From positions 147,679 to 211,678 of IMG/VR virus record IMGVR_UViG_3300020048_000009: a stretch of DNA of 64,000 bases; one strand, 5' to 3'. Made by a program: the position numbers and the translations under genes. Under the pieces are notes generated by a model. The model did no database searches, was not told the origin of the DNA, and saw only the letters and a program-made list of their open reading frames with translations. How positions within the stretch are numbered: position 1 is the first letter of the stretch; each line of letters begins with the position of its first letter. Positions 37,549 to 47,571 of this stretch are shown in pieces. Origin of the DNA: a virus (taxonomy: Duplodnaviria > Caudoviricetes).

Positions 37549-38344
37549 AAATCCTATTTTTCCAATATTCTGTACTAAGTTTAGTTAAACAATATTTAGT
37601 ATCATCAAAATTATCCAAAAATGATAATAACATATTATGATTTAAATCTGACCATTTATCTAAAACAATAAGGGGTAAATCTTTAAAAGATTCTGTTACA
37701 TAATTTTTAGTAACAATAGGAAATCTATCTAAATATAAAGTTTCCCACATACGATGAGTATCTATACCATTCCCCTCTGGACATAATATAAACATATGAT
37801 CTATTATATCTGTTAAATAATTAGTATAATGTTCAAACTTTTGCTGAGTAACAATATTACTTATCTTATTTGTAAAATATAAATTCTCAGTCGACTTAAA
37901 ACATTCTAAACGCGGTGTGCTATTTGTAGAAACACTAAAATTGGCATAAATTAATTTAGGACAACTATTAAAATTAGGTATTTTATTAAATATTTTATTT
38001 TTAAGTTGTTCTTGTTTTTTTAATTCGGGAAACCATCTTTTACGTTCTAATCCAATAGGAATACACGTCAATTTTTCATGATAACAATTAATATTTTGGC
38101 CATACCAATGAATTATTTTACTATTAGGTGCAAAAACTTTATCAACTAAATCTTTTGTAATAGGTTTATCACCATTATGAGTAATAAGTACTTTAAAAGT
38201 AATTTTTGATAAATCTGTTTTATTTAAAAAATTTTCTAATTCATCTATTTTTATATACTGTACACTTTCATTAGAAAGACTTTCAAAAAAATCACCATCA
38301 ATAAATTGTTCTTCGTTTTTTATTATATCTAAAGACGTAAGCAT
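37532..38344 (-). CDS. exostosin-like (GT47) protein
   Basis: IPIGLE; FILCPEGNGIDTHRMWETLY...PIV. Confidence 0.8.
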   Translation of the reverse strand: MLTSLDIIKNEEQFIDGDFFESLSNESVQYIKIDELENFLNKTDLSKITFKVLITHNGDKPITKDLVDKVFAPNSKIIHWYGQNINCYHEKLTCIPIGLERKRWFPELKKQEQLKNKIFNKIPNFNSCPKLIYANFSVSTNSTPRLECFKSTENLYFTNKISNIVTQQKFEHYTNYLTDIIDHMFILCPEGNGIDTHRMWETLYLDRFPIVTKNYVTESFKDLPLIVLDKWSDLNHNMLLSFLDNFDDTKYCLTKLSTEYWKNRIYGTTE

Positions 38345-38345
38345 A

Positions 38346-39152
38346 TTAAATGTTTATATTTAAAAAGGTTAATAAGGGCTGAATTTTATCTATATTTGAA
38401 GATAATGGCCTAGGTAAATGTGCATCATATAGATGTCCGCCATTTAATCTATCCATATTTATATTCCAATTAAGTCTATCAATACGTTCTATTGCCATTC
38501 CATTATTCCAGGCTCTATTAACAATAATAGTTCTAATATTTCTATCTTTCCAATTAAGATAAAATTCAGAAAATAATGATTCATCATCAAAACGGGGACC
38601 AATATTATTAATAGGATACGGTTTTGTTATATCATGATTAATCAATGTCCCCCTAACATTTTTCATTTTTTCTACTAAATCTTTATATTCTAATTTTTCA
38701 GGATTTAATATTTCAGAAAAAGTTTTTTGATTTGATATCATATAACAAATAGGAAATTTTATTGAATTATTATAAGCATTTCCACCTAAAACAACAAATT
38801 TATCGTCTGAAATATTAGATATAGCATTAACAAAAAACTCTTTATTTAACGGTAACATATCTATATCAGATAACATTATAACTTCATCTTTATATATTTC
38901 AGTAGCAGCTATTAACATCCTAGAAGCCATTGCTTGATTACCAGATGGTATATTCGTAATATTAGGTAAAAATATTACATCATCATAAAATTTAGAAATA
39001 TCTAAAAATTCATTTTTATCTTTATCAGTAACACATAATAAAGTAACTTTTACATCAGGTAAAAGTTTTTTCCAAGCAGGACCAATTATTTTAGAAAATT
39101 CCAAATAATCTTTATTCTCATCTGAACTTACAATAATTCTATCTAATTTCAT
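38346..39152 (-). CDS. putative GT-A glycosyltransferase
   Basis: LSDIDMLP (DxD); FPICY. Confidence 0.6.
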   Translation of the reverse strand: MKLDRIIVSSDENKDYLEFSKIIGPAWKKLLPDVKVTLLCVTDKDKNEFLDISKFYDDVIFLPNITNIPSGNQAMASRMLIAATEIYKDEVIMLSDIDMLPLNKEFFVNAISNISDDKFVVLGGNAYNNSIKFPICYMISNQKTFSEILNPEKLEYKDLVEKMKNVRGTLINHDITKPYPINNIGPRFDDESLFSEFYLNWKDRNIRTIIVNRAWNNGMAIERIDRLNWNINMDRLNGGHLYDAHLPRPLSSNIDKIQPLLTFLNINI

Positions 39153-39859
39153 TAAATTACACCTACAGACTTTAAACTAAAACAACCTTTATTGTTTTCA
39201 TCATATTTATTACCAACAAAATCATACTCATTTTCCCATACTGTTGGGAAAACTCTTTCATTTTTATTTTTAATTAAACTAGAAAATTTAAAAGATGAAA
39301 TATGTGTTAATTGATTATCTTTAATTTTATCCCATACTAATGTTTTTAAAAAATTTTCATCACCACCATATATATAACAAGACGGGTCAAGCATATATTT
39401 ATAATAAGTTTCTTTAAACCATTCGATAAAATCAGGTGTTACTTTTTTAAGATTTATTCCCCACATCCCACCCATAATATTCCAAATATGTCCTGGCCAA
39501 TCTCTCATTATATGTACAGCCATATCTGAACCCAACCACTCATTAACTGCATATTTTTCTCTAATACTTAATCGACTATCGGCATCTCTAAATATTATAT
39601 TTTCAACATCTTGATTATCAGAAAAAATACTTTCATATCTCCAAAATGCTCCAGCACATGAAATAGTAGGACCCCTTTCTAAAATCTCTATATCATACGT
39701 TTTAAGATTTTCTAAATATAAAGGATCTATATTTTTATCAATATAGACCCTAATAATCCAACCAGGATAAATACTTTTTTGAAGTTTAATATTTTCTATT
39801 AAACCCTGTGTATACATTGGGATATTTCCCCATAAACTAAAACAAATTAAATTTTTCAT
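39152..39859 (-). CDS. putative glycosyltransferase-like protein
   Basis: FSLWG; YPGW..RVY; FRDADSR; HIMRD.P.H; GGMWG. Confidence 0.65.
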   Translation of the reverse strand: MKNLICFSLWGNIPMYTQGLIENIKLQKSIYPGWIIRVYIDKNIDPLYLENLKTYDIEILERGPTISCAGAFWRYESIFSDNQDVENIIFRDADSRLSIREKYAVNEWLGSDMAVHIMRDWPGHIWNIMGGMWGINLKKVTPDFIEWFKETYYKYMLDPSCYIYGGDENFLKTLVWDKIKDNQLTHISSFKFSSLIKNKNERVFPTVWENEYDFVGNKYDENNKGCFSLKSVGVI

Positions 39860-40674
39860 ACTGTATATGAATTTATTCCTTCGTGTTCTCGTCCACCAAC
39901 AAAATTATGTTTAAGTGTTATTTCATCTATATTATAATTAGTAGAAAATACACTTACATATCTTTCTGTTATTTGTCCATGTAATCTATACTTATGTAAA
40001 ACATCAAACTTATCTAAATATCCACTGTTCATTATAACATATAATAATGATGCCATTTTTTCAAAAATATCTTTTTTAACAAGAAATGAACAACATAAAT
40101 TTGCTCTTTTAGGCATTAAATCTTTTAATGTTAACTTTTTATTAAAAATTAAATTATAATCTTCAACAATTTTTTCTATACAATTATGCATGCCCGAACC
40201 AGGATCACCAAATAAAGTATTAGGAGCTCTATCATCTAAAATTAAATATTGTTTTAAAATATTACACATATCATGTGAAAAAAATGATATATAGTCTTTA
40301 TTTTGACGCACTTTTGTATTTAATATTTCTGTAATATTTGTTCTATTATTATCATTTATAACTTTAAATTCAAAATCATAATGCATAAAACCTATATAAT
40401 CAAAATCTTCATATAAACCTAATCGATATAAATTATAAATTACTTCTGATTCAGCCCACCATTTACCCATTGTTTTATATCTTGGGATTTCACATTTGTT
40501 TATAACGGTAAACTTATCATGTTTTAAGATTTTATCAGAAACATTAAAAAAGACATAATTTTCATTGTTAAATAAAGGATCATCTTTATAATAATCATCA
40601 ATTATTGGTCCATGTGTTACAATAAAAATTCGCCATTTAGGCATAATCGATGCTACAGGGTCAATATTATCCAT
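39856..40674 (-). CDS. DUF4422-like putative glycosyltransferase
   Basis: IFIVTH; ESEVIY; YIGFMHY; ERYVSVF. Confidence 0.6.
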   Translation of the reverse strand: MDNIDPVASIMPKWRIFIVTHGPIIDDYYKDDPLFNNENYVFFNVSDKILKHDKFTVINKCEIPRYKTMGKWWAESEVIYNLYRLGLYEDFDYIGFMHYDFEFKVINDNNRTNITEILNTKVRQNKDYISFFSHDMCNILKQYLILDDRAPNTLFGDPGSGMHNCIEKIVEDYNLIFNKKLTLKDLMPKRANLCCSFLVKKDIFEKMASLLYVIMNSGYLDKFDVLHKYRLHGQITERYVSVFSTNYNIDEITLKHNFVGGREHEGINSYTV

Positions 40675-40784
40675 ATATACTATTCACTTTTTTTAAATTT
40701 ATATTAAAATTATACAGAATGTTTTATTTTTTATATAAAAACATACTTTTTTATTTATCACTTATTTATAAAAATCGTTTATTT

Positions 40785-40793
40785 TAATAAATA
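40785..40793 (+). promoter_or_regulatory. putative late promoter TAATAAATA
   Basis: Upstream of ATG 40822. Confidence 0.55.
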
Positions 40794-40821
40794 AAATAAA
40801 AATAATTAATAGGAAAAATCT

Positions 40822-42240
40822 ATGAGTATTGAGAATTATCTAATTTTTGAAGCATATAAAACAATGGGCAAAAATACAGCAGTTAAAATCAAAGAAACAG
40901 CACCAAAACCAATTAAAATCAAAGAAGATGAAAATGATCCTGAAGAATTGGACATGGATAATGAATTTGATACTGATCCTGCAGGCGTTGAACTTGATGC
41001 CGATGCAATGACTCCTGATGAAATGGAAAAAGGTACAAAGGGTACAAATAGATATGGTTCTATTTATGATGCTCCAAAAGGCCAACGTGCAGCATATGCC
41101 AATGCAATCCTAAAGAAATATAATAAATGGTCAGGAGCAGATTTACCAGTAGTTAATACTAATAAAGTAGCACACGATCCAACCAATTATTCTAATTTTA
41201 CTGGAAAAGTCGATTGTAGAGGTGGTACAGGAAATGTTAAAAATGCCACTTTCACCATAACAAAGGGTGGAAGAATATTTTTTGACCAGGGTGTATGGTT
41301 AGATGGTGAATTTAGATTGGGCACATTTACTGGTGTATTTAAAAATGGCTTATTTAAAAATGCTCTATTCGGCGGCGGCATATTTGATGGCGGAACAATG
41401 GATGGCGGCGTATTTTATGCCGGTGTATTTAAAAAAGGTGTATGGGTTAAAGGTGATGGCACAAATACAAAAGTAAACTTTATATTGAGTGTTACTGATA
41501 CAGAAGGAAAAACACATAGCAACCTAGAATTAGCAGAACTTTATAATGCAACATATCCAGCATTGAGAAATAAAAATATGATGAAACAGATAAACACTGC
41601 TGGTTTTTATTATAGAGACGAAGCAGGATGGTTAAATGAAGAGGGTGATGCTGCATCTATTGATGAATTATTCAAAATAAGAGGTATTATTACTACTATA
41701 ATGAAAAAAATCGAACGTCAGGCTGAAAGATCCTACGCCAATGCCCCAAGTCCTGAAATGATTGGTAAACCTGTACAAAGAGTTACTAAGAATCCTACAG
41801 GTGGCGTTGATGTAACAGGACAAGACGTAGATGATGAAGATGCCGGTAATATCGCGGATATTAAAGCTGGTGCAACATCTTCAGATATGGGTAAATATTC
41901 TGCTGGTGGTGGTTCTGATATTGATGCGGGTGATGATTTTACTCAAGCATTAGATCAAGATGAAAAAGCAGCAGAAATTGAACGTAAAAAAGAAGATATG
42001 CGTGCTAAAAATAAAGAATTAGGATTAGATCCTGATCAAATTGATGATGAATTGATTGATAATGAACAAGCTATCAATAGAGCATTAACTGATACTGGAT
42101 TAACTGATGAAGAACCTGATTTGACAACAGACGATCCTGAAAAAATTAGAAAAGAAAATATTAAAATATTAGCTCGTAAAGGTAAATCAGCTGCTGATAA
42201 AGCTGCGGCTGAAAAATGGAGAAGAGAAAACGGCATCTAA
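40822..42240 (+). CDS. probable head-packaged protein with G-x-F/W repeats
   Basis: LIFEAY; GVWLDGEFRLGTFTGVFKNGLF...GVWVKG. Confidence 0.65.
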   Translation: MSIENYLIFEAYKTMGKNTAVKIKETAPKPIKIKEDENDPEELDMDNEFDTDPAGVELDADAMTPDEMEKGTKGTNRYGSIYDAPKGQRAAYANAILKKYNKWSGADLPVVNTNKVAHDPTNYSNFTGKVDCRGGTGNVKNATFTITKGGRIFFDQGVWLDGEFRLGTFTGVFKNGLFKNALFGGGIFDGGTMDGGVFYAGVFKKGVWVKGDGTNTKVNFILSVTDTEGKTHSNLELAELYNATYPALRNKNMMKQINTAGFYYRDEAGWLNEEGDAASIDELFKIRGIITTIMKKIERQAERSYANAPSPEMIGKPVQRVTKNPTGGVDVTGQDVDDEDAGNIADIKAGATSSDMGKYSAGGGSDIDAGDDFTQALDQDEKAAEIERKKEDMRAKNKELGLDPDQIDDELIDNEQAINRALTDTGLTDEEPDLTTDDPEKIRKENIKILARKGKSAADKAAAEKWRRENGI

Positions 42241-42258
42241 TATTAAAGGTAAATATTA

Positions 42259-42298
42259 AAATAAAAAAGAGTTTCAGCAATGGAACTCTTTTTTATTT
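42259..42298 (+). terminator. intrinsic terminator
   Basis: 15-bp IR aaataaaaaagagtt/aactcttttttattt. Confidence 0.7.
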
Positions 42299-42328
42299 GT
42301 ATAATTAATGTATTAAAGGAAAAATAAT

Positions 42329-43312
42329 ATGTTTGATGATGATATTAAAGTACCAGAGCAATGGGTAGATAAATATAAACCTAATAATTTTGATGATTTA
42401 GTTCTTACTCCTGAAAATAGAGAGTTTTTTAAAAACATTATAAAATCTAAAAATTTAACACATTTAACATTATATGGAAATGCTGGTATTGGTAAAACTT
42501 TAACTGCAACACTTCTAGCAAAAGAATTAGATGCTATTACATTATTTGTTAAATGCGGTGTTAATGGTAATGTTGACTATGTTAGAGAGCAAATTACAGA
42601 ATTTTGCCAAAGTAAAACCATTGACGGCGCACTAAAAATAATTATTTTAGATGAATTTGATTCAGCATCTGGTGCTATGTCCATGGCTAAAAAAGATGAT
42701 GCAAGCGGCAAAGCAACAAATAATGCAATGATGGCTTTAAGAAGTGTTATATCAGAACATGAAGATGATTGTCGTTTTATAATTACCTGTAATTATGTAA
42801 ATGTGATATTAGATGCTATTCTATCGAGATGTCCACGTATGAATTTATCTTTTACACATAAAGATGTTTTACTACGTATTGTACAAATATTAAAAGCTGA
42901 AAATATTACATATAACAATGACACATTAAAAATGTTTCTAAGTAAAGTTATATTGAAAAACTTTCCAGATATTCGTAGTATGATTCATATATTACAGAGA
43001 TGTTGTTCTTCTGGAACACTAGTAGTTAATTCAGAAATTGAAGAAAATACTACCGATATAGAAGAATTGGCTAAAACTGTATGGAAACAAGTTCAAAATA
43101 AAACACGCCCACAAGATATTAGAAAATACGTATTAGATAATAAAAATAAATTTAATGATGAATATAGTAAATTTGCAGGAATTATATTAAAACAAAATAT
43201 AGATGTTATATCAAATGAACAGGCAAAAAATATAATCCAAAAAATTTATAACATGGAACATGTTATAGATGCAGAAATACAATTTTATGGAATGCTTTTA
43301 GAACTATCTTAA
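42329..43312 (+). CDS. clamp loader subunit (T4 gp44/RFC-small-like AAA+)
   Basis: WVDKYKP, GNAGIGKT, ILDEFD, FIITCN, LSRC, FPDIRS. Confidence 0.93.
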   Translation: MFDDDIKVPEQWVDKYKPNNFDDLVLTPENREFFKNIIKSKNLTHLTLYGNAGIGKTLTATLLAKELDAITLFVKCGVNGNVDYVREQITEFCQSKTIDGALKIIILDEFDSASGAMSMAKKDDASGKATNNAMMALRSVISEHEDDCRFIITCNYVNVILDAILSRCPRMNLSFTHKDVLLRIVQILKAENITYNNDTLKMFLSKVILKNFPDIRSMIHILQRCCSSGTLVVNSEIEENTTDIEELAKTVWKQVQNKTRPQDIRKYVLDNKNKFNDEYSKFAGIILKQNIDVISNEQAKNIIQKIYNMEHVIDAEIQFYGMLLELS

Positions 43313-44049
43313 AGTGAGTGTTCTATTTCTTTTGCGCGTCTTATTATGTACATATCACATTGATGTACTTTTCTAAAACGTGGCGCGCAAAATTTTCTTA
43401 ATAAAGCTTTAAAATTACTTTTATCGTCTGCATTCTGTACTAAATATTTAGCATTTATTAAAGCGGTTGCCACATCATTTTTAAGAGCTTCACCATTATT
43501 AACATTGTTATAAAATTTAGAAGACATAAATAAATTAAATAGTTGTACATATTCGGTTTTTGTTAATTTATTTAAACTAATTAAAGACATTGTAATACGA
43601 ACAGGAATAACTTCTAATTCTTTAATATCATCTTCTACTGGCACTTGTTCTTTTTTAACATTTGGTGTTTTGCTATAGTTTCTATTTGCTACTTTAGCCT
43701 GATATTTAATCGTTGCTTCTTTTAATCTAAATTTATCAGATTTATGTACTCTGGCATTATCGATAAATGCTTTTAATTGTTCTAATGTAACATATTTACT
43801 ACCAATTAATTCCATTGCTAGTCTATCTCTTTTCTCATCACCGTCGTCATCGTTAGCATAATACTTAGAAGTAATAAAATCTGCAAATAGACCATTGTAT
43901 ATATCTTGGTCAATACGATTATTAACAATTAAATTACATAATTCATCAATTGGAAGGTTTTTAAATCTTTCAATAACTTCGGGACTAACATCCTCATTTA
44001 AAAATTTTCTATAAGCTTCTAATAATAAGATTTTTACTGATTTCGCCAT
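43309..44049 (-). CDS. probable head-packaged protein with an internal duplication
   Basis: LLLEAYRKFLNE; two copies of F..F..SK(Y/F)Y..N...G.......A..LI..KY. Confidence 0.6.
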   Translation of the reverse strand: MAKSVKILLLEAYRKFLNEDVSPEVIERFKNLPIDELCNLIVNNRIDQDIYNGLFADFITSKYYANDDDGDEKRDRLAMELIGSKYVTLEQLKAFIDNARVHKSDKFRLKEATIKYQAKVANRNYSKTPNVKKEQVPVEDDIKELEVIPVRITMSLISLNKLTKTEYVQLFNLFMSSKFYNNVNNGEALKNDVATALINAKYLVQNADDKSNFKALLRKFCAPRFRKVHQCDMYIIRRAKEIEHSL

Positions 44050-44067
44050 AATACATATCCTTTATTT

Positions 44068-44099
44068 TATTTATTACTAAAACGTTTTTTTAATAAATA
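44068..44099. promoter_or_regulatory. divergent pair of putative late promoters
   Basis: TAATAAATA on - (44068-44076) and on + (44091-44099) between divergent genes. Confidence 0.6.
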
Positions 44100-44117
44100 A
44101 AATAAAAACATTTTATT

Positions 44118-45752
44118 ATGAACATTACAAAATTATATCAATTAATTGTAGAGAATACCGGTGAAATAAATAGATTAACTGCCAAATTTGGACCAGAATC
44201 TGCAGAGTTAAATAAATTCTATTTTAAAACTCTTAGAGGTAAATATTCTGGTGGAACATTTATTAAAGATACTAATGTAATATTACAACGTTTTAATAAT
44301 TTACAAGAATGGGAAGCTTTTTTAAGACCATGGTTAGAACGTGAAGATTATTATAATGCTAAAAACAAAGCAACAGATTTTGCTTCATTATATAATGCCT
44401 TATCTGATAAAGATATATATTCATATGATTTTGTAATTAATAAAGACAGACAACCTGAAAATGTTAAAAATATTTTAAATACACAATTAGCATATGATAT
44501 TATCTATAATGATGATACATGGCTTGTTGTTACAGCCTTTCAAGCAAATTTAGATATAAGAGATCCTAGAGCAATAAATGCATCAAAATTCTTCTGTAAA
44601 ATGAAGGGTGTAGATAATAGTAAGGGTTCAAACTGGTGTGTTGGTTGGAATTCGGGTTCTAATTACTTTGGACATTATACTGTAAATGGCGGACCACATT
44701 ATATTATCATTAAAAAGGGTCAAACAAAATATAATATTCAATTGGGTGGGGGCGAATCTGACAATAATAAACAAGATTCAGGTAACAGAAATCTCCCAGA
44801 TGGTGGATATAATGTATTTCCGCCTGTAATATTTAATAAAATATTTGAATACGCTACAAATAAAGGCTTCAATAAGGTAAAGGGTAAAGATTTAATACAA
44901 AACTTTTTAAGAGTATTAAGAGTTAGAAATTATATTCATCTTTCAGAAGTTATAATGCCTGGTGATAATACACAGGAATTTATTACAAGTATTGCTGATA
45001 ATAATATAGAAAAATTCAAAACATTAATTAAAACAAATGATGTTAATAAAATAGTTGTAAATGAAAGAATTCAATCAGATTTCCAATTAAACGTTTCAAC
45101 CTTTACACCCTTAATGCTTGCATATATATACCATAGTACTGATATATTACAATATTTGCTTACATTACCTGGTATAAATATTAATAATGAAGAAATATCA
45201 ACAACAACACCTTTAGGGTTTATAATAAATAATTACATTCAAGGAAAATTTCATAATAAATATCCAGAAGCAAAAGCTCATACTAATTTAATGTTAATAT
45301 TAAATAGTGATCAGGCAAATTTAAATAATAAAATTTATGCTGGACATAATATATTAACCAATGTTATTAGTAAATGGACTTTTTATGATAATTCTGAAAG
45401 TACAAAGGCCCGTAAATTAAATATTATCAATATATTAATAGAACGTGTGAGCTTAAATAATACTCGAATTAATAATATGACGCTATTAATGTATATCTTT
45501 TCAATGCAATTACAGGAATTATATCCATTATTTATAAATCATCCTGCTCTAGATATTAATGAAAAAGATCCAATTCTTAGAACTATATTTAGTTATCTAG
45601 TAGATACAGCAAATCCAACAGGATTAAAATATTTATTAGAAAACTGTAATAAGAAAATAGATATTACAGGATATAAATGGATTTTGCGTTTAAACGGTAC
45701 TGTTGGAACAGATGCTGAAACTTATATAAATACATATAAGAATAAAGCTTAA
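44118..45752 (+). CDS. ankyrin-repeat protein with an N-terminal phage WC domain
   Basis: YQLIVEN; NWCVG..NYFGHY...GPHYIIIK; TPLMLA..ILQYLL..PGININ, TPLG, DINEKD. Confidence 0.75.
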   Translation: MNITKLYQLIVENTGEINRLTAKFGPESAELNKFYFKTLRGKYSGGTFIKDTNVILQRFNNLQEWEAFLRPWLEREDYYNAKNKATDFASLYNALSDKDIYSYDFVINKDRQPENVKNILNTQLAYDIIYNDDTWLVVTAFQANLDIRDPRAINASKFFCKMKGVDNSKGSNWCVGWNSGSNYFGHYTVNGGPHYIIIKKGQTKYNIQLGGGESDNNKQDSGNRNLPDGGYNVFPPVIFNKIFEYATNKGFNKVKGKDLIQNFLRVLRVRNYIHLSEVIMPGDNTQEFITSIADNNIEKFKTLIKTNDVNKIVVNERIQSDFQLNVSTFTPLMLAYIYHSTDILQYLLTLPGININNEEISTTTPLGFIINNYIQGKFHNKYPEAKAHTNLMLILNSDQANLNNKIYAGHNILTNVISKWTFYDNSESTKARKLNIINILIERVSLNNTRINNMTLLMYIFSMQLQELYPLFINHPALDINEKDPILRTIFSYLVDTANPTGLKYLLENCNKKIDITGYKWILRLNGTVGTDAETYINTYKNKA

Positions 45753-47560
45753 CAAAAAGCATTTCGTATAAAGTAAGAATCAATACCCGAATTTTCTAAT
45801 AAATCTATTTCGGGTTCTTCATCGCCGAAAAATGGATCTATATCGGATCTTAATGCTATTTTAATTAATTCTAAATCTGTTTCTGTTGGTTTAAGAGTAT
45901 CTGTTACATTTTCAATAACCAATTTTCTAACTTCATCTTTAGTTAAATTATATTGTTCTAACGGCAATATTGTTTTAGGGTATTTTACATGGTCTTCTGT
46001 TATAAACCATTCAGTAACAGTGTAATATTTTTCAATATAATCTTTACTTAAAATATATAAGAACCATAACATACACATAATATGGTCGTCTTTTTTCTTC
46101 TCTCTACCTTTATAAACAATATGTTGGGCTGTTGGATATTTTATAAAATTTTCAGCGTCTATTAATATATTTTCATCATGTATTTCTATTGTAAAATATT
46201 CAGGTTTTAATGAAAATATCTCTCTAGCAAATAAACAGGCTTTTGATTTTATCTGTATATGCGACATTATTCCAGGTAAATTGTTTTTATTAATAATTAT
46301 AAAATTTTCATAATTATGAACAGTTTTAGTTAAAGCGTCAAACATTGAAGCTCCACATGAATTTCTTTCACCTGCAATATATGGATTCTGGTACTGTGCA
46401 CACACATAATTTATAACATACGCAAATTCTGTTGGTGTTATAGTATTGCTTGAATATTTAGCTGCCATTTTAATCCGAGTGAAGTCCGTAATATCCCATA
46501 TGTATAATACCGAAGAGTCGCCACCTGTTCCTTCTGCGCAGTCTACGGATGCCATATACGTGCGATAGGGGTTAAAGGCATAATACTGTACATAAAATAG
46601 ATCGTTTTTACGCTCATCTTCTGCATTAACTAATACTTGTTTGCCGTTATTCTTCAATGCATTTTTTAATTGACGCATTTCTACAATTTTATCATCAGAA
46701 ATAAGTTTATCATATGAAGAAGCCAAAAAGCTATTGCCATATTCTTGATTAAATGCGTCCATGCTTCCCAAAGATTCAATCTGAAGAGCTTTCCATTTTT
46801 CATCTCTTCCAGGGAATTCCCACCAATCAATTCTAAAAGGAACCCATTTTTCTCCATTATCATCGTTTACATTTGATAAAGCTTTTTCATAAAATTGATG
46901 AAACATTTCACCAACGCCATTTGGCGTACTAGTAATAATAACTTTAGAATTAGGGTCTGTTGAAATAATAGGATATACAGCCGTAAAGAAGGATCTTTGA
47001 AGATTTCTAGGTACGTGTGCAAATTCATCTAATAATACCATGTTCGCAGAATAACCACGGGCAGCATCTGATGATGTTGCAGCAACTTTAATACCCGAGT
47101 TATTACCAAAACGCAATTCTGTTTTATTCAAAGTTGTTAAACCACTCTTCAACCAATTAGGTAAATGTTCATAAGCTAAACGCATACGATCCATTACTTC
47201 AATAGCACCAGCTAATTTATTAGATACAACCATTACGCGTTTTTCAGCATTAAAAATAACATAATGTAATGCTAATATCGCTAAATTAGTAGTTTTTGCA
47301 ACCTGTCTAGAACTTAATACAACGACGCGTTTCTTTCCAGCAAATAAACGTAACATGTCTATTTGTTTATCATATAGTTCTATTATATGTTTGCCTCTTT
47401 TGGGTGAAATGATAGTATAATATTTATTTGCAAAATAAATAATATCATTTTTGCATTTCATTAGCTCATATATTCGATAATTAAATTCCTCTGGTGTAAT
47501 ATTTTCAGAGGCATGAGCTACTTTTAAATTCGTATTACCATTTAAATAATCTTTTCCCAT
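45749..47560 (-). CDS. terL: terminase large subunit (T4 gp17-like)
   Basis: C..D.IYFA..Y, SRQVAKTT (Walker A), LDEFAHV, STPNG, FNQEY, VDCAEG, DDHIM. Confidence 0.96.
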   Translation of the reverse strand: MGKDYLNGNTNLKVAHASENITPEEFNYRIYELMKCKNDIIYFANKYYTIISPKRGKHIIELYDKQIDMLRLFAGKKRVVVLSSRQVAKTTNLAILALHYVIFNAEKRVMVVSNKLAGAIEVMDRMRLAYEHLPNWLKSGLTTLNKTELRFGNNSGIKVAATSSDAARGYSANMVLLDEFAHVPRNLQRSFFTAVYPIISTDPNSKVIITSTPNGVGEMFHQFYEKALSNVNDDNGEKWVPFRIDWWEFPGRDEKWKALQIESLGSMDAFNQEYGNSFLASSYDKLISDDKIVEMRQLKNALKNNGKQVLVNAEDERKNDLFYVQYYAFNPYRTYMASVDCAEGTGGDSSVLYIWDITDFTRIKMAAKYSSNTITPTEFAYVINYVCAQYQNPYIAGERNSCGASMFDALTKTVHNYENFIIINKNNLPGIMSHIQIKSKACLFAREIFSLKPEYFTIEIHDENILIDAENFIKYPTAQHIVYKGREKKKDDHIMCMLWFLYILSKDYIEKYYTVTEWFITEDHVKYPKTILPLEQYNLTKDEVRKLVIENVTDTLKPTETDLELIKIALRSDIDPFFGDEEPEIDLLENSGIDSYFIRNAFC

Positions 47561-47571
47561 AGAAACTTCTT

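Noticed and set aside
22107-45752. Eukaryotic giant virus origin, suggested by ankyrins and GT47/GT31/GT92
   Set aside because: gp13, gp17, gp44 and gp55 homologs, Shine-Dalgarno sites, lipoboxes and operon packing indicate a bacteriophage
45749-47560. Intein or intron in terL
   Set aside because: The 603-aa length fits gp17, and there are no intein splicing motifs or frame breaks
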